Origin: the human T2T-CHM13v2.0 reference genome, Homo sapiens
Assembly (NCBI RefSeq): GCF_009914755.1
Contig: NC_060938.1
DNA length: 64,000 nt
Strand: one strand, 5' to 3'
Part shown: positions 57,741-64,000 of the stretch, one piece after another
Layout: each line of letters opens with the position of its first letter
How positions within the stretch are numbered: position 1 is the stretch's first letter
Made by a program: the position numbers and the translations under genes
Notes under the pieces: generated by a model
Databases searched by the model: none
Seen by the model: only the letters and a program-made list of their open reading frames with translations
What the model was told of the DNA's origin: nothing

Positions 57741-59684
57741 TGAGGCTTCTCTACATGGGGTTTCTCTCCATGGTATGTTTCGTTTTCTTTATGTGACATC
57801 ATGAACAATGATCGAACTTAGAATAAAAATTTCAGGGCTGACATATCTGTGCCACCAGTTCCTAGTGGTAAAATGGTCCCCCTTCTTTGATTTTCATTTT
57901 CTCCCCAGTAATGTGAAGGAGCTGAATATTCTCAGTGGAGACTGTTTCAGTTCTATCTGAGATTTTACAACCTCTAAAATTTGAGGTTAAATTTAAGAAA
58001 TGAATCCCTATTTCCTAAAGTTAAATGCCAAAATTTTGTAGATGAAAAGATATAATGAATTTGCAAAATGAAAAATTAGGTGAGAGAGAGTAGTGGTATA
58101 GTTAGACAAAATAGGATTGGCCATAAATGGCCAACTGCAAAGTACATATGGGTTCATTACCCTACTCTGTTTTTTCAAAATAAGTTCCCAAAAAATTTCA
58201 ATAAAAGAAACTGTTGTTCACTATTGCCACCATTTTGGGTTGCCAAGTAAAAACATTTTTTTTTAAAAAACTGCCATCTATTATCATTATCATTTCATAA
58301 AAGTTTGATCTATACCAAATAATAGGAGCAATATTATCTTTATATAAAGAAAATTTCCTTAATTTGGGAAAAAATTAGCTTTATGCAAAACCTATTTCCT
58401 TGTTCTTGTAATTTTCACTTGGTCATGAACCAGTACTGTTTCCCAACCTGATGTTTGGGAAGCACTGAATCAGATCACAACTCTGAGGCATTAGAACCAC
58501 TTAGGCTCAGGTGTATGATTTAGTCTACATTTTGATAAACATAAAGAACAATAGCAAGGGTGGGAGGAACTAGGTGTTCTCAGATGGAATCTTGTTGATG
58601 CCAAGCTTTCTTACAATAAGCCAGAGGGTGTTGGGCTGTAGGACACCAAGTAAAGCTCCACCTTTATTCACAATTTGTTAACAGTAAATTTTTCATGAAG
58701 CACCCATGACTATAGACTAAGTCAAAGTAACTATGAGAGAAGGGAAAAGTAAGAAGAAAAATTATCATATTCTTTTTGGAGCTTTTGTTAGATTTTTTAA
58801 TTTGAAATTATACATGGGCTTAGATGCATTGTAGTAAGTTTTAATTATATGTCTTTAATTGAAAATTAATAAAATTGTAGTAATAGACAAAAAATAAAGT
58901 CCTTTAATGACTTTTTAATGATTAATAGTGATTAATAACTAATGATTTTTTTCTAATAATAGAAAATAAAGCCTATAAATGATCTCTGTAGAGGTCATTT
59001 ATAAGATCCAATGTGCTGGAATTGCTCATGTTAGAAACCTCCATGGTATGATAATGTTGGTCTTACAAATGTATTGAGGGAAGGGGAAAAAATTAAAATT
59101 GTCAAATCAAAAATTTAAAAAGCAATTAGATTTTTTCTTTTCTTTGACCTCCTAATGATCTCTAGCCAAAGCAAGTTAGTGTCTCCACTGACTCAATAAA
59201 TTTGAGCGCTTTTTTCTAAGCAAGGTGAACAGATTCATAAATTCTATAAAAGTGAAATTGAACATCTATTATATAGCATTTTGTACTCAAGAATGAAATG
59301 AGCATTATATCAGTACAACTTTGAGCTAATCCTAAATTTCTTTATATCGTTAGCATTTAGTATCAGTTGTTATACATCTTCTGGGTGTTCCTCTGACCTC
59401 TCCTCTTCTTATTATTATTCTCTCCTGTATCACCTTTTTGGAATATCAAGTTCTCATGATCTTAACTCACAAAATTTGAATTTACAAAGTACTTATTTTT
59501 GAATCATCATGCAGTGTAATCCTGTAAAGTAGATCCTTTGTAACACATACATTTTATAGCCTAGAATTCTGAAATACTGATATATTAATGAGCTTCTTTT
59601 TTTTAACTTCCTTCCTTTTTTTCTATCCCCACATATCTTTTGCAGCCAGCTCTCCTCTACTAGAGTTTGGAAGACTTTCAACCA

Positions 59685-60230
59685 ATCAGTCGTTCAGAAA
59701 ATAATACTGGATACCTACTAAGTTCAAGGCATTGTTTGTGCTATATGAACACAGCAATGAACAACAATAATAACAATAAATAAACAAAAACTCATCTATA
59801 CTCATGGAGTTTACAGTCAAGGGGCCAAGAGAGAAAATTAAGAAATAAAATGAATGTAAGTATATGTTGTGAAGTGTGTGAGAAATGTTACATGCTATAT
59901 ATGGGAAATAAGAAAAGACTGATAATGTGGAGATCAACTGGAAGAGAAATACAACTTAATAATGGGTAGTCAAAGAAGGCCTCCTGGAAAAAAAGGTATT
60001 TGAGCCAGTACTTGAATGTCAAGAAGGAGAGAGTCAATCGAAGGTCTAGAAAAGGCAGAGGCATCTGCAAGTGCAAGGCCTTGGAACCGGGAGGAGCTCA
60101 GCATGTTTAACGAAAAGGGAAAAAGCCATTTTAGCTGAAGTAAGTGGAAGGGGCTGAGGTCAGATGGTTGTCAGGGCCGGATCACAGAGAAGTTTGCAAT
60201 GGGAAGTCATGGAAGGTTATAAGTCAGAAA
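59685..60230 (-). mobile_element. L2 fragment
   Basis: ctcatggagtttacagtc..gtcaaagaaggcctc..gcaagtgcaaggcctt. Confidence 0.75.
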
Positions 60231-60245
60231 AGAGAACCAATCTAT

Positions 60246-60373
60246 CTTTTTAAAAATAGAGACAGCATCTTACTGTGTTGCCCAGGCTGGTCTTGAACTC
60301 CTGGGCTCAAGCAATCCTCCACCTCAGCCTCCCAGAGTGCTGGGATTATAGGCATGAGCATTTATGTCTGGCT
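60246..60373 (-). mobile_element. FLAM (free left Alu monomer)
   Basis: Single monomer (ctcctgggctcaagcaatcctcc). Degenerate TSD GAACCAATCTAT/GAACAAACCTAT. Confidence 0.85.
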
Positions 60374-60609
60374 GAACAAACCTATATTTAATGGAATACA
60401 AAGAGTTTTAATGTAGTGACATAAAAATCAACACTAATTTAGCCTTCTGATTAGCCCTACTGTGACATTTATATCCTATATTTGGTTCACAAGCTTTTCT
60501 CTTGTACCCAATTCACATCTTGCACCCTGACAACTAGCTTCTCAGGCATGGTCAGGAAGGAAGGATCCCATGAAGAATATTTTGCAATATTTCCAAAAAT
60601 ATTGCATGA

Positions 60610-60935
<326 letters not shown>

Positions 60936-62103
60936 ACTCTCATTTCTTTCATGCAATATTTTAAAATATGGAATCCGTCCTTAATTTTTTAACCCTTTCA
61001 AAGGCTGGAGTCATGCTAACTAAATCCCTATCATTCAGCTCGTGTCCCATACCTATTGTGAAGATCCTGACGTGCTGACCAATTCGACACTGACGGGCAG
61101 TAGAACTGTCATGATGTTGTACAACTACCATGTTCCCTTGTGAGGCTGGACATCTTTCTCAGCTGTTTAGAGTAGTGCCAAAATACCCATCTCCTCACCC
61201 CTCTATCTATTCACCTGAGTGAGCAGGTCAAGGAGTTTGGACTTCTGAGCTGACTCCATTTTCTTGGTGCCTAACCCTCCTGGTCTGGCTGTCAGGCTGC
61301 TCCCTGAGCTCAAAATTTCCCTTACAAACATAAAACACACCTACAGGCACAGGCGAAATCCAGACAGATTACCATTCCAAACTCAAGAATCCCTGATATA
61401 AATTGAGTTACTGATCCACTTGCCTTTTCCAAAGTTTATAACAGTCTGCCCTATAAATTTAGCATTATCTGAGTAAATGGTTATTAGAATTTTCCACTAT
61501 TATGACATAGAAGTAATGACTTTATTTTAATTGTTTTGTTGCATTAAATTTGAACATGCAACAAAATAGTATTTTATTCAATAGATTTTACAGTATTCAA
61601 AAGAGAAGTGTTCCCTAAATTTAGGAACCTAAGAGCAAATATCAGAGTAGTAATTCAATAACAGTGGCCTCGTCAGTCAGAGGGGGTTTCTTTGAGGTCA
61701 AGGTTGAGATATTTTGGCAGCAAATGGTATTCAGATGGGTCCACAGATCAAACCTCCTTGACCGTGCTACAGTCACCCTGGATAAAATACTAAAAGTGTG
61801 GGGGATGGGACACATATGTAATTATGATACTAGAATGAGCTAATCAGCCTCATCGCAGTTTGTCTTTTTGGGAGAAAGGAACAACTTACTCATCTTCTGA
61901 AACATGGTAAGATGGGAGACTTCCACAGAATCCAAATGTTTGTCAGAAAATATAAGCATTTGTCTTTTATTTAGCCTCCCACATCCACCCTCCCTTCCCC
62001 ATTCATACTTTTGCTGAAGCAACAAGTGTCCTTGACCCATACTAAGGCCACTAATATGGCATTGGTTACAGAAATGCAGACAGAAACTAGCAGGATAACA
62101 GGA

Positions 62104-62228
62104 CCAGTGTTCGTCAAAGTGTGACGAATCCCTTTAGAATCCCACTTGTGACGTGGTGCCCAAATGTCATATGAGACCAACTGAGTCAATCAGAATTTCT
62201 GGAGATGGATCCAGGAAGGCTGTATCTG
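62104..62228. mobile_element. MER5A-like fragment
   Basis: cagtgttc.tcaaagtgtg start, aatcagaatttctggagatggatccaggaa motif. Confidence 0.5.
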
Positions 62229-62388
62229 AGGGAGCATAGGGTTCAGGAAGTTAACCTTACTGACTCTAACAATAGTAAAGTTTGAGAAGTATTAATAGTG
62301 GATACTTAGCAAAGACAGAGAGAGCCCCAGAGGTGAAGCTGATGTTGGCAGAAGGTGAGGAATCTTGGCACAGAAAAAGAATTCAGGT

Positions 62389-62728
<340 letters not shown>

Positions 62729-64000
62729 TTATATCATCTTTTGTTGTGGAAAAGGTCCTTTCCTCACACATGCTTCAGAGCCTGAAGGAGCAACGTATAA
62801 GCTGCTAGAGACATGGCCCTTGACTTAGGGCCATGACTTAGAGTCACTCTGACCTTGAGGACTAGAGTTAAATTAAATTCGCACATGCCACAAAAATAGT
62901 ATTTTAGTCAACAAGTTTTATGCAATATTCAAAAGAAAAGTTTTCCCTAAATTTAAGAACCTAAGAGCAAATATCAGAATCATAAATCAATAGTAGTTGC
63001 CTCATCAATTACAGATGGGTTTCCCTGAGGTCAGGGTTCTCAATAGCAGTGGCCTCATCAATCACAGATGGGTTTTTTTGAGTTCAGGGTTCTCTGTTCC
63101 CAAGGTTAGAGTGACTGGAGGAGCATAGGTTGGAAGAGGCATGATGAGCACAGAAAGACAGAAGAGAAAGAAGGGTAATCTGATAAAAATGAGATGTGTT
63201 CTTCTGTGGCCATAAAATGAATAGCTAAGGGGTGCAGGACAGGCTTACATGACACCAATGCACAAAACTATACAGAAAGACTCCTGCCATATGATCAACA
63301 AGCACAAAAAATAAAGATACTTTCTCCACTCTAGGGGAGGTAAAAACCAGGTAGAATGACTTTGCTCGGCATAACCATACTGACTAAAATGAAGGATCTA
63401 TTTGTTTTGAAAGCAGAAACTACAGCAAGGAAACCCCATGTATCTACAGCAGTGATAATGCCCATCATATAGACGAGGTGAATGAATGTGAGGAGTTTAA
63501 TTTTTCAGTGTGTATTAATAATTAACCTGCTCATTAGCTTTATTAGACAGAATTAGTCCTGCACTGAAGCAGAGCAACCGCAAGGCAAATTATTAAAATA
63601 ACTGATGAAACTTTCCTTCTTGACTTTAAAAGATGAAGTTTGGCAGCTCCAGATAATTATATGTCTAGTATGAGAAAAGAATAGAGTGTTTTTGTCTTGA
63701 AGAACTGGAAAGGATGACTGATGCATTAAAATAAAGATGGGATTATTTGAGTACAGAAGTAGGGTTTAATTTGGACACTATGAAGAAAAAATATTTTAAA
63801 AATAGATACGTTATTTAGCATTGATGGAACAAGTATTCTACCTGGAACATGAGGCCACCACATTGCTGGTCACTACTGTTTTATGCTACATTTGGTAAGA
63901 AGACTACAGCAGTGTATGTGTGTATGAATACATTTATGCAAATTAACATTTTGAAAACTATATTTGACAGGGCTTTAGTCTCTTGAGTCTTACAGATTTA

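Overview
AT-rich primate (human-like) genomic DNA, intronic or intergenic. The evidence is AluY/Sg/Sp/Sx/J, L1PA/PB/M, THE1, MLT1/2, MER5/53/58, MIR and L2 relics. I recognise no host protein-coding exon, RNA gene or CRISPR array. Nearly all long ORFs in the track come from L1 ORF1/ORF2, Alu, THE1-int or simple repeats. Much of the window is nested transposon fossils, many with readable target-site duplications (TSDs): a full-length THE1A MaLR provirus (19508-21794), three twin-primed (5'-inverted) L1s and about 12 Alus. The most interesting signals are small rearrangement scars: (1) a perfect 35-bp fold-back with a palindrome-filled loop inside an MLT1 LTR; (2) a tailless, TSD-less Alu apparently copied from a neighbour 1.3 kb away; (3) two independent L1PA insertions with almost the same 5' truncation point and shared private variants; (4) an L1 inverted right at its poly(A); (5) several local duplications. 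Four co-oriented THE1 LTRs keep DUX4-type motifs, and there are a few candidate splice signals. I found no clear new biological system. Subfamily calls are from memory of consensus sequences and need RepeatMasker/Dfam confirmation.
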